Shown here: positions 28,581 through 38,700 of the stretch, piece by piece | Layout: every line of letters starts with the position of its first letter | How positions within the stretch are numbered: position 1 is the stretch's first letter | From: a virus | Taxonomy: Duplodnaviria; Heunggongvirae; Uroviricota; Caudoviricetes | Strand: one strand, 5' to 3' | IMG/VR virus record: IMGVR_UViG_2778261087_000003 | DNA: 64,000 nt | The notes under the pieces: generated by a model | Databases searched by the model: none | Seen by the model: only the letters and a program-made list of their open reading frames with translations | What the model was told of the DNA's origin: nothing | Program-made: the position numbers and the translations under genes

Positions 28581-29747
28581 ATGCTGGTACTGAAGCAGCA
28601 ACTGAAAGAGGCCCGTATTCCACAGGCGGTGGTGGCGAGAGCTGTCGATGTTTCTGAGGCCACGCTGGCCCAGATTGTGAATCATAACGCGTGGCCCCGC
28701 ACCAGTCCCGGAGAAGTACGCCGGCGTCTTGCGTCCTGGCTGGAAAGTCAGGGGATTGATACAACGAAGAGTTTTGATGCTGTACAGGGCGCGGCCACGC
28801 CCCGTACAGCGGGTACCACAGATAAAACGAGCCTCAGTGAGGAAGAGAATATGTTACTCAAAAAACAGGTGTTATTTCCAGCAACCAAAAAAGCGTTTGG
28901 TCTTTTCCGTGACCCGTTCGCCGACGAAGCCATGCAGGGTTCTGATGATGTGTTCACCACCCCGGACATCCGCTATGTGCGTGAGGCGCTGTACCAGACA
29001 GCCCGTCATGGTGGATTTATGGCCGTCATCGGTGAGTCCGGTGCGGGTAAATCCACGCTGCGCCGCGACCTGACTGAACGTATCAACCGCGAGAATGCGC
29101 CGGTAATTGTTATCGAGCCATATGTCATCGCCATGGAAGACAACGATGTGAAAGGGAAAACCCTGAAGGCAGCAGCGATTGCCGAAGCCATTATCAGTAC
29201 CATCGCACCACTGGAAAGCATCAGACGCAGTCAGGATGCCCGCTTTCGCCAGCTGCATCGCGTCCTGAAAGACAGCAGCCAGGCGGGGTTCAGCCACGTT
29301 CTGGTGATTGAGGAGGCCCACAGCCTGCCCATTCCGACACTGAAACACCTCAAACGCTTTTTTGAGCTGGAGTCCGGTTTCAAAAAACTGCTGTCCATCG
29401 TGCTGATTGGCCAGCCGGAACTGGCGACAAAACTGTCTGAACGCAATATGGAAGTCCGTGAAGTCGTTCAGCGCTGTGAGGTGGTCGAACTTCTGCCTCT
29501 CGACAATAACCTTGAAGAGTTTCTGACGTTCAAACTGCAACGGGCCGGTAAACAACTGACGGACATTATGGACGCCGGCGCAGTGGATGCCATACGTGCC
29601 CGCCTGAGCAATCCGGGAAGTCACCGTAAAAACAGGGTCAGCCTGCTGTATCCGCTGGCCGTCAGTAACCTGGTAATAGCCGCCATGAATCTGGCCGCTG
29701 AAATCGGGGTTCCACAGGTCAACGCTGACGTTGTCAAAGGGGTTTAA
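28581..29747 (+). CDS. Transposition ATPase (Mu B-like, AAA+)
   Basis: Walker A GESGAGKST, Walker B HVLVIEEAH; GGAGG RBS before ATG at 28581. Confidence 0.8.
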   Translation: MLVLKQQLKEARIPQAVVARAVDVSEATLAQIVNHNAWPRTSPGEVRRRLASWLESQGIDTTKSFDAVQGAATPRTAGTTDKTSLSEEENMLLKKQVLFPATKKAFGLFRDPFADEAMQGSDDVFTTPDIRYVREALYQTARHGGFMAVIGESGAGKSTLRRDLTERINRENAPVIVIEPYVIAMEDNDVKGKTLKAAAIAEAIISTIAPLESIRRSQDARFRQLHRVLKDSSQAGFSHVLVIEEAHSLPIPTLKHLKRFFELESGFKKLLSIVLIGQPELATKLSERNMEVREVVQRCEVVELLPLDNNLEEFLTFKLQRAGKQLTDIMDAGAVDAIRARLSNPGSHRKNRVSLLYPLAVSNLVIAAMNLAAEIGVPQVNADVVKGV

Positions 29748-29749
29748 TA

Positions 29750-30019
29750 ATGAAATCCATCACAGGTATCAACCAGCAAATCAGCAAAGTGCAGTCAGCC
29801 ATTATGGCGCTTATGGCGACGAACACGGATGTACAAAGCATCACCATCAGGGGCAATAAACCTGTCATCCGCGTTTCCCGGAGTGCGCATTGCATGCGCA
29901 TGCTTGAACAGGGGAAAGCCAGTTATCTGTATACCGGTCATGACCACAGGGGACATTTCCGTCAGGGCGTTTTCGAACTGCACGGCTGTCGCGTCGTGTG
30001 GCCGGAATCTTTGTGGTAA
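29750..30019 (+). CDS. Hypothetical protein
   Basis: 89 aa ORF after B gene. Confidence 0.35.
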   Translation: MKSITGINQQISKVQSAIMALMATNTDVQSITIRGNKPVIRVSRSAHCMRMLEQGKASYLYTGHDHRGHFRQGVFELHGCRVVWPESLW

Positions 30020-30046
30020 TCAGCACAACCGGAGAAATCATAAAAT

Positions 30047-30577
30047 ATGGCAAAAAGTACAAAAGGGGCAAAACGTATCAAGTCCGCAGCGGCACTCTGG
30101 GTACCGGGGACACGCGAAGAGGTCATTGAGGGCATCAGACTGCTCGGTGACGCACAACGTGAACTGGTCAGGGCTGAAACAGAAATGAATGACGCCATTG
30201 GCGATATCACCGCACGTTATGCCCCGCTCACCGAGAGCCTGAAAAAACGCATGTCAGAACTGCAGTCCGGTATCCAGACATGGTGTGAGGCACACCGTGA
30301 TGAACTGACCGGCAACGGGAAGGTGAAGTTCGCTAACCTCACCACCGGCGAGGTGCAGTGGCGAAACCGTCCGCCATCAGTCAGTATCCGTGGAGCGGAT
30401 AATGTTATTGAACTACTGAGACGTCTGGGGCTTGAGCGCTTTATTCGTGTAAAAGAGGAAATAAATAAAGATGCCATTCTGAATGAAAAAGAGGCCGTGA
30501 AAAATATTCCCGGCATTACCATAAAAAGTGATATTGAGGATTTTTCAATAATTCCTTTTGAGCAGGATGTGCAGTAA
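30047..30577 (+). CDS. gam: Gam-like host nuclease inhibitor
   Basis: 176 aa; ...AKRIKSAAALWVP..., ...PPSVSIRGADNVIELLRRLGLERFIRVKEEINKDAIL..., ...EDFSIIPFEQ closely resemble Mu Gam as I recall it. Confidence 0.8.
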   Translation: MAKSTKGAKRIKSAAALWVPGTREEVIEGIRLLGDAQRELVRAETEMNDAIGDITARYAPLTESLKKRMSELQSGIQTWCEAHRDELTGNGKVKFANLTTGEVQWRNRPPSVSIRGADNVIELLRRLGLERFIRVKEEINKDAILNEKEAVKNIPGITIKSDIEDFSIIPFEQDVQ

Positions 30578-30674
30578 ACACACCACGTTAATTATTTAAT
30601 AAAAACATTTTCTTTTTTATTCCGGCGTCAGCGCCGTGGGCTTCTGCACGCCGGAAACAGAGGAGAATTAAATT

Positions 30675-30869
30675 ATGATATTTAAATGTATTCAGTGCGA
30701 GAGGGATATAACAGCCCTGCGTTTTCACAGCGCCATCGCCGTGATGTCCGGTAAATACCACGTACCTGCAGTACGCGTCACCCTGGTCTGTCCGTACTGC
30801 AGTCAGCATTTTTCGGCAGATGTGCCCGTTATGGAATTCTCCCGCCCTGACAGGGAGGAAGCGCAATGA
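30675..30869 (+). CDS. Small zinc-ribbon-like protein
   Basis: 64 aa with CxxC (CIQCER) and CPYC pairs. Confidence 0.35.
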   Translation: MIFKCIQCERDITALRFHSAIAVMSGKYHVPAVRVTLVCPYCSQHFSADVPVMEFSRPDREEAQ

Positions 30870-31138
30870 TTACCCCACAGGAAGCACATCAGCGCACCCG
30901 CGCCCTTGTTGAACGGTATCTCAACGAGTGTGAATGCCGTGACCTCACCGATATCATGTGCGCCCTGACGGCGTTAATCAGCATGGCCACGCAGGCCATT
31001 GTGGCGACTAACGGAAAGGAGGCCGCCCTGCAGATACTAGTGAACACACTCACCCACGCGGCAGAGCACGAGGTGCCGTACCGGATGGAAATCACTGCAG
31101 AAGGCGACCTGCACATCATTGTTGACCGGAAGCACTGA
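30866..31138 (+). CDS. Hypothetical protein
   Basis: 90 aa ORF. Confidence 0.35.
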   Translation: MITPQEAHQRTRALVERYLNECECRDLTDIMCALTALISMATQAIVATNGKEAALQILVNTLTHAAEHEVPYRMEITAEGDLHIIVDRKH

Positions 31139-31147
31139 GGGCGCGGT

Positions 31148-31444
31148 ATGACACGGAACACCGTACACACCCGCGCCGCCCTCTACCGTCTGGCCCTGCA
31201 GCGTTTCGGGCCGGACGCACAGGCCCTGAAACTGACAGAAGAGGCCGCTGAACTGGCGGCCAGTGCCGCCCGCAATCTGAACGGACAGGGCAGCGAAAGT
31301 GACCTCGCGGCAGAGCTGGCAGACGTGGAAATCATGACAGAGCAATTGCGCCTTCAGGGGATGGACCGGCTGATTGACTTCCACAAACAGAAAAAACTGG
31401 AACGTCTGGCTGCACGACTGGGCGTGATTTACACGAACGAGTAA
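31148..31444 (+). CDS. MazG-like nucleotide pyrophosphohydrolase (small all-alpha type)
   Basis: 98 aa; EEAAELAASA and ELADVEIMTEQL acidic helix motifs typical of MazG-like phage proteins. Confidence 0.5.
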   Translation: MTRNTVHTRAALYRLALQRFGPDAQALKLTEEAAELAASAARNLNGQGSESDLAAELADVEIMTEQLRLQGMDRLIDFHKQKKLERLAARLGVIYTNE

Positions 31445-31458
31445 CCGGGAGGCATTCA

Positions 31459-31674
31459 ATGGCTGACATACTCAGGGAAATCACCGCATGGACACTGATT
31501 CTTACTGGCCTGGCGACATGCCTCAGTGCGGGGGCAGCCCTGGCTGCCCTGCTGATGCACATAACAACACAGTGGTTATGGGAAAAGCTTAAAGCAGCAT
31601 ACAGCCTGAAAGAGCTGTCCGACGCTGTCCGGGCATGGAAACGGCAGAAAAATACCGGAGATACAGAACAATGA
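31459..31674 (+). CDS. Small membrane protein
   Basis: 71 aa, one TM helix. Confidence 0.35.
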   Translation: MADILREITAWTLILTGLATCLSAGAALAALLMHITTQWLWEKLKAAYSLKELSDAVRAWKRQKNTGDTEQ

Positions 31675-32354
31675 CAGACCAGAATAAACACATTGAGAAA
31701 CTGAAAAAGTTGCTGGCGCTGGCCGCATCCGGCAACCCGCACGAGGCCGCTCTGGCACTGCGCCGAGCCCGTAAACTGATGGATGTTCACGGCATCACAC
31801 ATTCCGACATTGCTATGAGTGATATTGATGAAACCATCAGTCATTACTGGCCGACAGGCAGTCTCCGTCCACCGCGCTACATGCTGGGCCTGATGAACAT
31901 CATCCGCGAGGCATTTGGTGTTAACTCCATCATTCACCCCGGCACGCATCCGTCTGTGGGGTTCTACGGCAACCGGGAACGTACGGCACTGGCTGCATAC
32001 ACCTGGGAAGTGCTGGCCCGTCAGCTGAAAAAGGCGCGTCAGCAGTATATCAGTGCACAGAACAAAAGAATAAAAACCGCCACCCGCACCAGCCGTGGAG
32101 ACCAGTTTGCCGAAGGCTGGGTGCTGGCCGTTATCAGTGAAATACAGTCCTTCGCCCTGACCGATGACGAACGTGAACTGATGCAGCAGTGGCTGGAACA
32201 TAAATACCCGCAGACGCAAACCACCAGGGCGCGTAAACCGGGAAGAAGCCGCAATGGCGACGCCTCGCGCTATGCGGGGTTTCGTGAAGGGCAGAACGTC
32301 AGACTGCACCGCCCGGTCAGTGGGCAGGAACAACAGAAACTGGAGGCCAGATGA
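31671..32354 (+). CDS. DUF2786-like protein (start trimmed)
   Basis: MTDQNKHIEKLKKLLALAASGNPHEAALALRRARKLMDVHGITHSDI. Confidence 0.5.
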   Translation: MTDQNKHIEKLKKLLALAASGNPHEAALALRRARKLMDVHGITHSDIAMSDIDETISHYWPTGSLRPPRYMLGLMNIIREAFGVNSIIHPGTHPSVGFYGNRERTALAAYTWEVLARQLKKARQQYISAQNKRIKTATRTSRGDQFAEGWVLAVISEIQSFALTDDERELMQQWLEHKYPQTQTTRARKPGRSRNGDASRYAGFREGQNVRLHRPVSGQEQQKLEAR

Positions 32355-32581
32355 TTACGCTATCAGGTAACAGCCGGAAATTAAAAGCCTGCCGAATATC
32401 TGCCAGATACCTTTTTGCCCGCGCCTTTTTTAAGAACGTCAGGCCGGGGATCACAATTGGTGTTATTGCCGGACGCGAACAGGTTGAAAAATACATGTCA
32501 GGTGCATGGTGGAATAACGACCCTGTCATTGCTGCCCGTAATATTCATATCAGTTGGGGGGATATTCAGAATGACTGCTGA
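32351..32581 (+). CDS. Hypothetical protein
   Basis: 76 aa ORF. Confidence 0.3.
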   Translation: MITLSGNSRKLKACRISARYLFARAFFKNVRPGITIGVIAGREQVEKYMSGAWWNNDPVIAARNIHISWGDIQNDC

Positions 32582-32786
32582 ATCTGTTGTATGTGCCCTG
32601 TTCTGGTATTGTTTTGTCGGTTGGTGTACTGCTGAACTGCACCGCCGTTCAGGGTTTTATTCACGTTACAGTGGTGCTGGCTACTGGATTAGTTGGTCGG
32701 TGATGTTCCTGTGCTGGCCTGTGGCGCTTCCTTTATATGTCGATTATATCGGTGGCGCAGGTAAAAGGAGCAACGATGATGACTAA
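32571..32786 (+). CDS. Small membrane protein
   Basis: MTAESVVCALFWYCFVGW... two hydrophobic segments. Confidence 0.35.
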   Translation: MTAESVVCALFWYCFVGWCTAELHRRSGFYSRYSGAGYWISWSVMFLCWPVALPLYVDYIGGAGKRSNDDD

Positions 32787-33228
32787 ACAACGTCTTATCC
32801 AGCTCATTCATATTGCCCGTAATGAACTGGGTATGGATGAAGACACCTACCGCCAGATGTTACAGGGGCTGACCGGTAAAGCCTCAACCAAAGGAATGGA
32901 TACCACACAACTAAACTGCGTGCTGGAATCCATGAAAAGGAAAGGCTTTCGCGTTAAGCCTGCCGGAAAAGCCAGCTCCGGTTTACCGCTGGATAACCAT
33001 CCGCAGTCCAGGAAAATCCGTGCGCTATGGCTTGAAATGGCTGCTGCCGGCATTGTTCGTGACCGTTCAGAAAATGCATTAGCGCGGTGGATCAAGCGGG
33101 AAACGGGCATCAGCGCCCTGCGCTGGCTCAATACTGAACAGGCAAGTAGTGTTATTGAGAAACTGAAGAAGTGGCAGCGCAGAGCTGCGGGAGTAAAACA
33201 TGAGCGACCTGAATCAGTTTCGAAGTAA
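32776..33228 (+). CDS. GemA-like regulatory protein (Mu gp16-like)
   Basis: MMTKQRLIQLIHIARNELGMDEDTYRQMLQGLTGKASTKGMDTTQL... Confidence 0.6.
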   Translation: MMTKQRLIQLIHIARNELGMDEDTYRQMLQGLTGKASTKGMDTTQLNCVLESMKRKGFRVKPAGKASSGLPLDNHPQSRKIRALWLEMAAAGIVRDRSENALARWIKRETGISALRWLNTEQASSVIEKLKKWQRRAAGVKHERPESVSK

Positions 33229-33589
33229 AGGGCCGGAACTCCTGGTGGAACTGGCACAGCATACCTCTGAGACCGTTCGCGAGATTATTGATATTGAGCC
33301 CGCAATTGCCGACCAGATTGGTCAGGCCGTCGCGAACCGCATGATGCAGGTCTGGGGCGGGCAAAACGTTTATTTCCCGATGGGCATGGTATGGAAGGTC
33401 AGTCAGCGCGACCGGGAAATCTTCAGGGAGTTTAACGGACGTAACCACCATGAACTGGCCCGCAAATTTGGTGTTTCGCTTCAGTGGGTCTACAGCGTGG
33501 TTAAGCGGGTAAGAAAAGAAGAACTGGATCGGATGCAGGGCAAGCTATTTGCTGATGAACCCGATGTAGATACGGAGAAAAAAGAGTAA
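33200..33589 (+). CDS. mor: Mor/C-family late transcription activator
   Basis: ...GGQNVYFPMG...REIFREFNGRNHHELARKFGVSLQWVYSVVKRVRKEE...; last gene of early arm. Confidence 0.7.
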   Translation: MSDLNQFRSKGPELLVELAQHTSETVREIIDIEPAIADQIGQAVANRMMQVWGGQNVYFPMGMVWKVSQRDREIFREFNGRNHHELARKFGVSLQWVYSVVKRVRKEELDRMQGKLFADEPDVDTEKKE

Positions 33590-33598
33590 TATCTGCAA

Positions 33599-33676
<78 letters not shown>

Positions 33677-33677
33677 A

Positions 33678-33752
<75 letters not shown>

Positions 33753-33893
33753 TCTCGTGTAGTTCAGGAGGGCATTGCTCAACAGGAACAGCAGGCCAAA
33801 TCAACTACACCAAAGGGTAAAAAACGACGCAGGAAGGCTATACCAGAGGATATAAAGGCACAACGGACCGAAGCAGCCGAACACGCTCGCGAA

Positions 33894-36800
33894 ATGTTCG
33901 ATCAAAAAGGCGGTGCGCAAAAAAGCCAAAACCAACGCGATGCGCGTGGTCGTTTTATTGGAAAGTCAGGGAGTAAGGCCGCAGCGGAAGATGCCCGTGC
34001 TGAACGTGCTGAAAAGGCCAGGCGCAAAGAGGATGATGAGCGTCTAAATGCTGAATCAGGTTTATTAAAAAAACTGTCAAAAGTAGCTGAAGGCATAGGT
34101 AACCCTTCAGAGACTCGTGCCGTCGATGCGTTAGGTTATGCCGTTGCTGGTCCATTGTGGGCAGCAGGGAAGGAGCTTGGCGGGATATCAAAAGAAGTTG
34201 GTGGATCGCTTAATGGTGCCAGAAAGTCTATTGCCGATGTGATTCGTGGCAATGACGATAACAGCCGTAGAAAAGGTTTTTTTAGGCGTAAATCGCAAAA
34301 TAGTGCCGATGTCGTTCAGGTTAACACCCAAAAACGGACGGTTCAGGAACTTCAGGAGCAGACCAGCGAAATTAAAGAGGGCAATGACAAGATTCTCAGC
34401 GCCCTTGATCAGATAGCCAAAAACACCGGGAAAAAGAAGGGCGGCTTGCTGTCCAAACTATTTAGCCTGTTAGGGAAGGGGGCCGGTGGCGTCGCGTCGT
34501 TGTTAATGGGGCGTGGCATGCTGAAAAAAGCTGGAGCACTCGCTTTTGGCGCTCTGGGGGCAAAGAAACTTGTAGGAATGCTACGCGGTGGTGGCAAGAA
34601 GACTCTCGCCCATGAAGGCGGAGATTTGGCTGCCCGGGCAGCAGGTAAACTTGGATTAAAGGCAGTTGGTAAAGGGGCGTTACGCGCAATTCCCCTGGTC
34701 GGCACAGTGGCTGGAGGTATTTATGATGCGGTAACCGGTTGGAATGATACAGAAGCGCAACGTCGAGCGTTTGGGCTTAAATCAGGACAAGATCCATCAT
34801 TCCAGCAAAAAGCCGCTTATACGTTAGCTAATGTTCTTGATATGGGGGGACTGGTATCTGGTATTAGCAGCGCCATTGGTGAGGTTCTCAAATCACTTGG
34901 ATTTGAGGATATCGGCAATATGTTGCAATCATTTTCGACGGAAAGTATTGCCCAGGCCATTGATAGTGGGATTACCAACTTAGAAACATATATTTCTAAC
35001 CTTGGCGACACCATTTCTACCAAGTTCGATGATTACACAGCAAAGATTGGTGATGCTGTTTCAGCATGGTTTAGCGATACATCTAATAAGCTGCTTGAAA
35101 AGCTGGATGCCATCAAAGACTTCTTTACTGTCGATAACCTGAAACAGGTTTTCAGTGATGCAATTGATAGTGCAATTGATTTCATTAAGAACCCAGGGAA
35201 ACACATTAAAGAGGCGGCTGGTAATATTTGGGATGGGGTTAAAAATTTACCTGGTAAAGCATTAGATGCAGCGGTTGATGCCGTTAAAAATACCCCTGCG
35301 GCAATGATTGTATCAAAAATACCCAATCCGATCGGCGAGGCTAATGCGAAAGAAATCACTCCAGAGTTAAAAGCTCCGGTTAATAGCCACCAGGAGACAT
35401 CTGATTCTAAAACTGAATCCGATGCCAAACAGACTAATATTGTTACCCGCGTGATAAATGCGGCACTGGACACGGCGAAAGATAGCAATAAAACAGTTAA
35501 AGAAACTGCTAATCAGATTATCAATGCAAATGCCGTAGAAACGGGCAATAGCGCGTTGCAGAAAATTGATAAAGCTATTGGTCAAAATAGCTCGTCATCA
35601 TCGTCGCTTAATACCACTGGCACCAGGAATGACATTCAGAAAGCTGCGGATACCTACAACAATGGCCGCTTGGATGTAAAAGTCGGAAGTCTTGGCGCTG
35701 AAGGTAAGGCAAATCTCGATAAGTTGGCTCCGTATTTTGCTGAACTAGAGAATAAATATGGCCTTCCTGAAGGTACTCTTTACGCGATCGCTGCAACTGA
35801 ATCTGGTGGTGATCCTAACGCAAAATCTACGCTTACAAGATCACCAAATGGAAAGCTAAGTGGTGGCGCTCTCGGAATGTTCCAGTTTACGAGCGTTGCT
35901 CGTGAGGAAACTGGATTATCCCGGGAAGATTCTTTTAATCCGGAAAAATCGGCAGAAGCTGCGGCTCTTCTCATGAGCAAGTATCTGAAGCAAGCCAATG
36001 GAGACTTAAACGAGGCCATCACTGCATATAACGCTGGGTTTGGCACTATCAATAAGTGGAAAAAAGGCACAGGTGACTTATCGAAAGAAAACCGTGAGTA
36101 CGCGATCAAGGTCAATACTCATCGTGCTCGCTATTTAGGTGGTGAAATCTATACACCTGGAGCAGGAGCACAGGGTGGGGCGCAATATGGAGTGAGGGGA
36201 CCACTGCCTGATAACGCTGTTATCGATCAGTCTACTGGCTTGGCGTTTACCCTTGGTGATAGCCCGTTTGAGAAAGGCGGTCTGGTAGACAAAATCGGCA
36301 ATGCTGTTGGCGTTAACGATCTGGTCAACAAATTCATGAATGGCCGGGGTATGCGTCGGGAAGTCGTTCAGGGAACGCTCGAAGAACGTGCACGAGGGAA
36401 GGGGACCGCAACAGCAGCTGGCAATGTGTATGTTGATACCCCGATGCCAGTTGAAGAGGCGCGTCCGGTGGCCAACAACTCAAGTTACTTTGACCAGCTC
36501 GGCGCACAAATGGGGATTGATGGACTATTCGATAAACTCCTCAACTCGCCGGGGATGCGGAAAAATAATGCGCCTGAACCAGCCTCCACGTCCCAGGTGA
36601 CGACTGCCGCCAACGATTTGCAGCAACCAACCGGTCGTATGCAGATAGACGGACAGGTTATTAGTGACCTTGGCGGCTCCGGTGCCAAGCCGACAATGCA
36701 GTTGGCTGATAATACCGTTTCACTTGATGGTGAAACGAAGCGGCTGTTTGCGCAGATGACCTCATTGCTTGCCAGGATTGAAGAGCACACCAAAGACTCG

Positions 36801-36914
36801 GCGAAAGGCCAGGGAACTGTCGTAAAGGTCAGCACGCCTCAGCCGGGCGTTATGCGCACGGTACCACTGTCAATTGATGATCCGTTGATGAATGACTACG
36901 CGAGAGTTGATTGA
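33894..36914 (+). CDS. sit: Sit-like injection protein with lytic transglycosylase domain; likely 5'-truncated (frame open back to 33750)
   Basis: 1006 aa; ...LYAIAATESGGDPNAKS...GALGMFQFTSVAREETGL...AYNAGFG... LT motifs; position upstream of baseplate/R/S/U as in P1. Confidence 0.65.
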   Translation: MFDQKGGAQKSQNQRDARGRFIGKSGSKAAAEDARAERAEKARRKEDDERLNAESGLLKKLSKVAEGIGNPSETRAVDALGYAVAGPLWAAGKELGGISKEVGGSLNGARKSIADVIRGNDDNSRRKGFFRRKSQNSADVVQVNTQKRTVQELQEQTSEIKEGNDKILSALDQIAKNTGKKKGGLLSKLFSLLGKGAGGVASLLMGRGMLKKAGALAFGALGAKKLVGMLRGGGKKTLAHEGGDLAARAAGKLGLKAVGKGALRAIPLVGTVAGGIYDAVTGWNDTEAQRRAFGLKSGQDPSFQQKAAYTLANVLDMGGLVSGISSAIGEVLKSLGFEDIGNMLQSFSTESIAQAIDSGITNLETYISNLGDTISTKFDDYTAKIGDAVSAWFSDTSNKLLEKLDAIKDFFTVDNLKQVFSDAIDSAIDFIKNPGKHIKEAAGNIWDGVKNLPGKALDAAVDAVKNTPAAMIVSKIPNPIGEANAKEITPELKAPVNSHQETSDSKTESDAKQTNIVTRVINAALDTAKDSNKTVKETANQIINANAVETGNSALQKIDKAIGQNSSSSSSLNTTGTRNDIQKAADTYNNGRLDVKVGSLGAEGKANLDKLAPYFAELENKYGLPEGTLYAIAATESGGDPNAKSTLTRSPNGKLSGGALGMFQFTSVAREETGLSREDSFNPEKSAEAAALLMSKYLKQANGDLNEAITAYNAGFGTINKWKKGTGDLSKENREYAIKVNTHRARYLGGEIYTPGAGAQGGAQYGVRGPLPDNAVIDQSTGLAFTLGDSPFEKGGLVDKIGNAVGVNDLVNKFMNGRGMRREVVQGTLEERARGKGTATAAGNVYVDTPMPVEEARPVANNSSYFDQLGAQMGIDGLFDKLLNSPGMRKNNAPEPASTSQVTTAANDLQQPTGRMQIDGQVISDLGGSGAKPTMQLADNTVSLDGETKRLFAQMTSLLARIEEHTKDSAKGQGTVVKVSTPQPGVMRTVPLSIDDPLMNDYARVD

Positions 36915-37270
36915 TGGCCAACAATAACGAAATTGATCCTTTGCTGACGCTGGAGTTATCCGGCGTAAAAACGTATGAGTCCCAGGAGGAGGCCTGGGGC
37001 GCTCGTTTATATGAGTGGCTAAACACTTATCAGGGTGAGGTATACGGGGATCCGTCATGGGGCAATGTTTTACCGCAGTTTAAACACGAACCGACCAACT
37101 TGTCGCATGTTCAAATTGCGGTTGAGGCAATGCTGTTGCAAAAACTGACGGTAGATTTACCTGACATACCGATTTCTGGCTTGTCAGTAGCCGAGGGAGA
37201 TGCTTTTGATAAGTTGAAAATATCCATTCGTATCAGGGATATAACTATCACACAGGACGTGGTGCTATGA
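36911..37270 (+). CDS. Baseplate/tail protein (P1 PmgA position)
   Basis: 119 aa, start-coupled to sit. Confidence 0.4.
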   Translation: MMANNNEIDPLLTLELSGVKTYESQEEAWGARLYEWLNTYQGEVYGDPSWGNVLPQFKHEPTNLSHVQIAVEAMLLQKLTVDLPDIPISGLSVAEGDAFDKLKISIRIRDITITQDVVL

Positions 37271-38700
37271 GTAAAACAACACCGACTAAAGACAGTATTC
37301 GTGCAGAGTTTGAAGAGCTTGTCGAGAAAGATTCATTCTGGTCGAAGTTTGTCGGCTCTCAATTTGTCTCAATGCTGACATTGTTTATTACCCAGATTGT
37401 CTACAGGTGCTTTCAGTATGCCGATGCGGCGCTGGCTGAAGGCTTTATATCGACCGCGACGCGGCGTTCCTCTATCCTGGCAGCGGCAGAAACGAATAGT
37501 TACGTTGGTACCAAGCCAACACCGTCATCGGGGATGATTGAGATCACCGCCACAAGTGAAGATGCCCCAGCGGTAATCCCCAAAAACATGCCTTTAATAT
37601 CTGACGACCAGTACCCTTACATGACTATGGATGTATGCAGGTTGGTTGACGGCATCGGTACGGTAGAAGTGGCACAGTTGGAAATCCAGGAGGTGACATA
37701 TACCGTTACGGCAGCCAAAGAATTTCTGGAAGTCGTGTTATCAAAGGCTCTCACTGCTGTCTGCTATAAGCTGGAAGTATTCGTGACGACCGATGGTAAG
37801 ACCACGCAGTGGTCTTCCAGCACTATGTTCCGGTTAGCCGGTAGTAAAAGCCAGGTCTACGTTGAGTTTTATAAACCATCCGAGCAGTTGGGGGTTCGAT
37901 TCGGTGATGGGCTAATTGGGCAAATACCGCCAGAAGGCTCGACCATTACACTTAAGGTATGGTGCACCAACGGAGATATAACCTTGGTTGCTGGCCAAAA
38001 TCTGACGCCTGTCGATTCTGCGGCTAATTTAGCTAATTTGATTTCAGTTAAGACAACGACACCCATAACCGCAGGTACCGATGCCGAAACAACGGAGATC
38101 ACACGTAATCGTGCACAATATTACCTTGCCTATGATGATCAGGTCGTATGGGGCGGGGACTATACGTATTTTCTGGTGCGTAACATCCCGGGACTGTCCT
38201 GGGTAAAGGCATGGGGCGAAGGCCAGCAAGAGAAATTAGATGGTGCTTATAATGTTCGGAATATCAATAAGATATTTATTTCAGGATGGCATCCAAACAA
38301 AAGCCAGTCAGAGCTTGAAGAAATGATCCTGGCTGCCTTTAAGAAGGTGCCGAATGAGTTGAACAAGAAATTCTCGTATAAAGAGGTCAGAAAACTACCC
38401 TTTAAGATCACCATCACCGGGCGGATATCGGCAAGCCTGACCATTGAGAACGTGACTGATGAGCTGAAGTCGGCACTGGAAACAAAATTTGGGCGTGACT
38501 CAACTTTCTTTGATCCGAACCGTGTCGGCAAGTACATCCTAATCAAGAAAAAAGACGTTTGGGCATTTATCGAAACGCTGGGTTATTTCCGCGACTTTTA
38601 TCTGGAATTTGTCGAGTGGAATGAGTCCAACGGCTTTTACGATTTCGTTTATCTGGATACAGAAAACTCCACCTTTAATATTTCGTATGAGGAGGAGTGA
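37267..38700 (+). CDS. Baseplate protein (P1 BplB position)
   Basis: 477 aa, start-coupled to upstream gene. Confidence 0.5.
   Translation: MSKTTPTKDSIRAEFEELVEKDSFWSKFVGSQFVSMLTLFITQIVYRCFQYADAALAEGFISTATRRSSILAAAETNSYVGTKPTPSSGMIEITATSEDAPAVIPKNMPLISDDQYPYMTMDVCRLVDGIGTVEVAQLEIQEVTYTVTAAKEFLEVVLSKALTAVCYKLEVFVTTDGKTTQWSSSTMFRLAGSKSQVYVEFYKPSEQLGVRFGDGLIGQIPPEGSTITLKVWCTNGDITLVAGQNLTPVDSAANLANLISVKTTTPITAGTDAETTEITRNRAQYYLAYDDQVVWGGDYTYFLVRNIPGLSWVKAWGEGQQEKLDGAYNVRNINKIFISGWHPNKSQSELEEMILAAFKKVPNELNKKFSYKEVRKLPFKITITGRISASLTIENVTDELKSALETKFGRDSTFFDPNRVGKYILIKKKDVWAFIETLGYFRDFYLEFVEWNESNGFYDFVYLDTENSTFNISYEEE

Noticed and set aside
28872-29624. Minus-strand ORF of 250 aa
   Set aside because: Antisense to the B-like ATPase gene, which has clear Walker motifs.
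30623-30655. Inverted repeat CCGGCGT...ACGCCGG after gam
   Set aside because: Short arms, long loop and no U-tract on either strand; not convincing as a terminator.
31332-32333. Minus-strand ORF of 333 aa
   Set aside because: Antisense across several short early genes; Cys/Arg-rich composition typical of GC-rich antisense frames.
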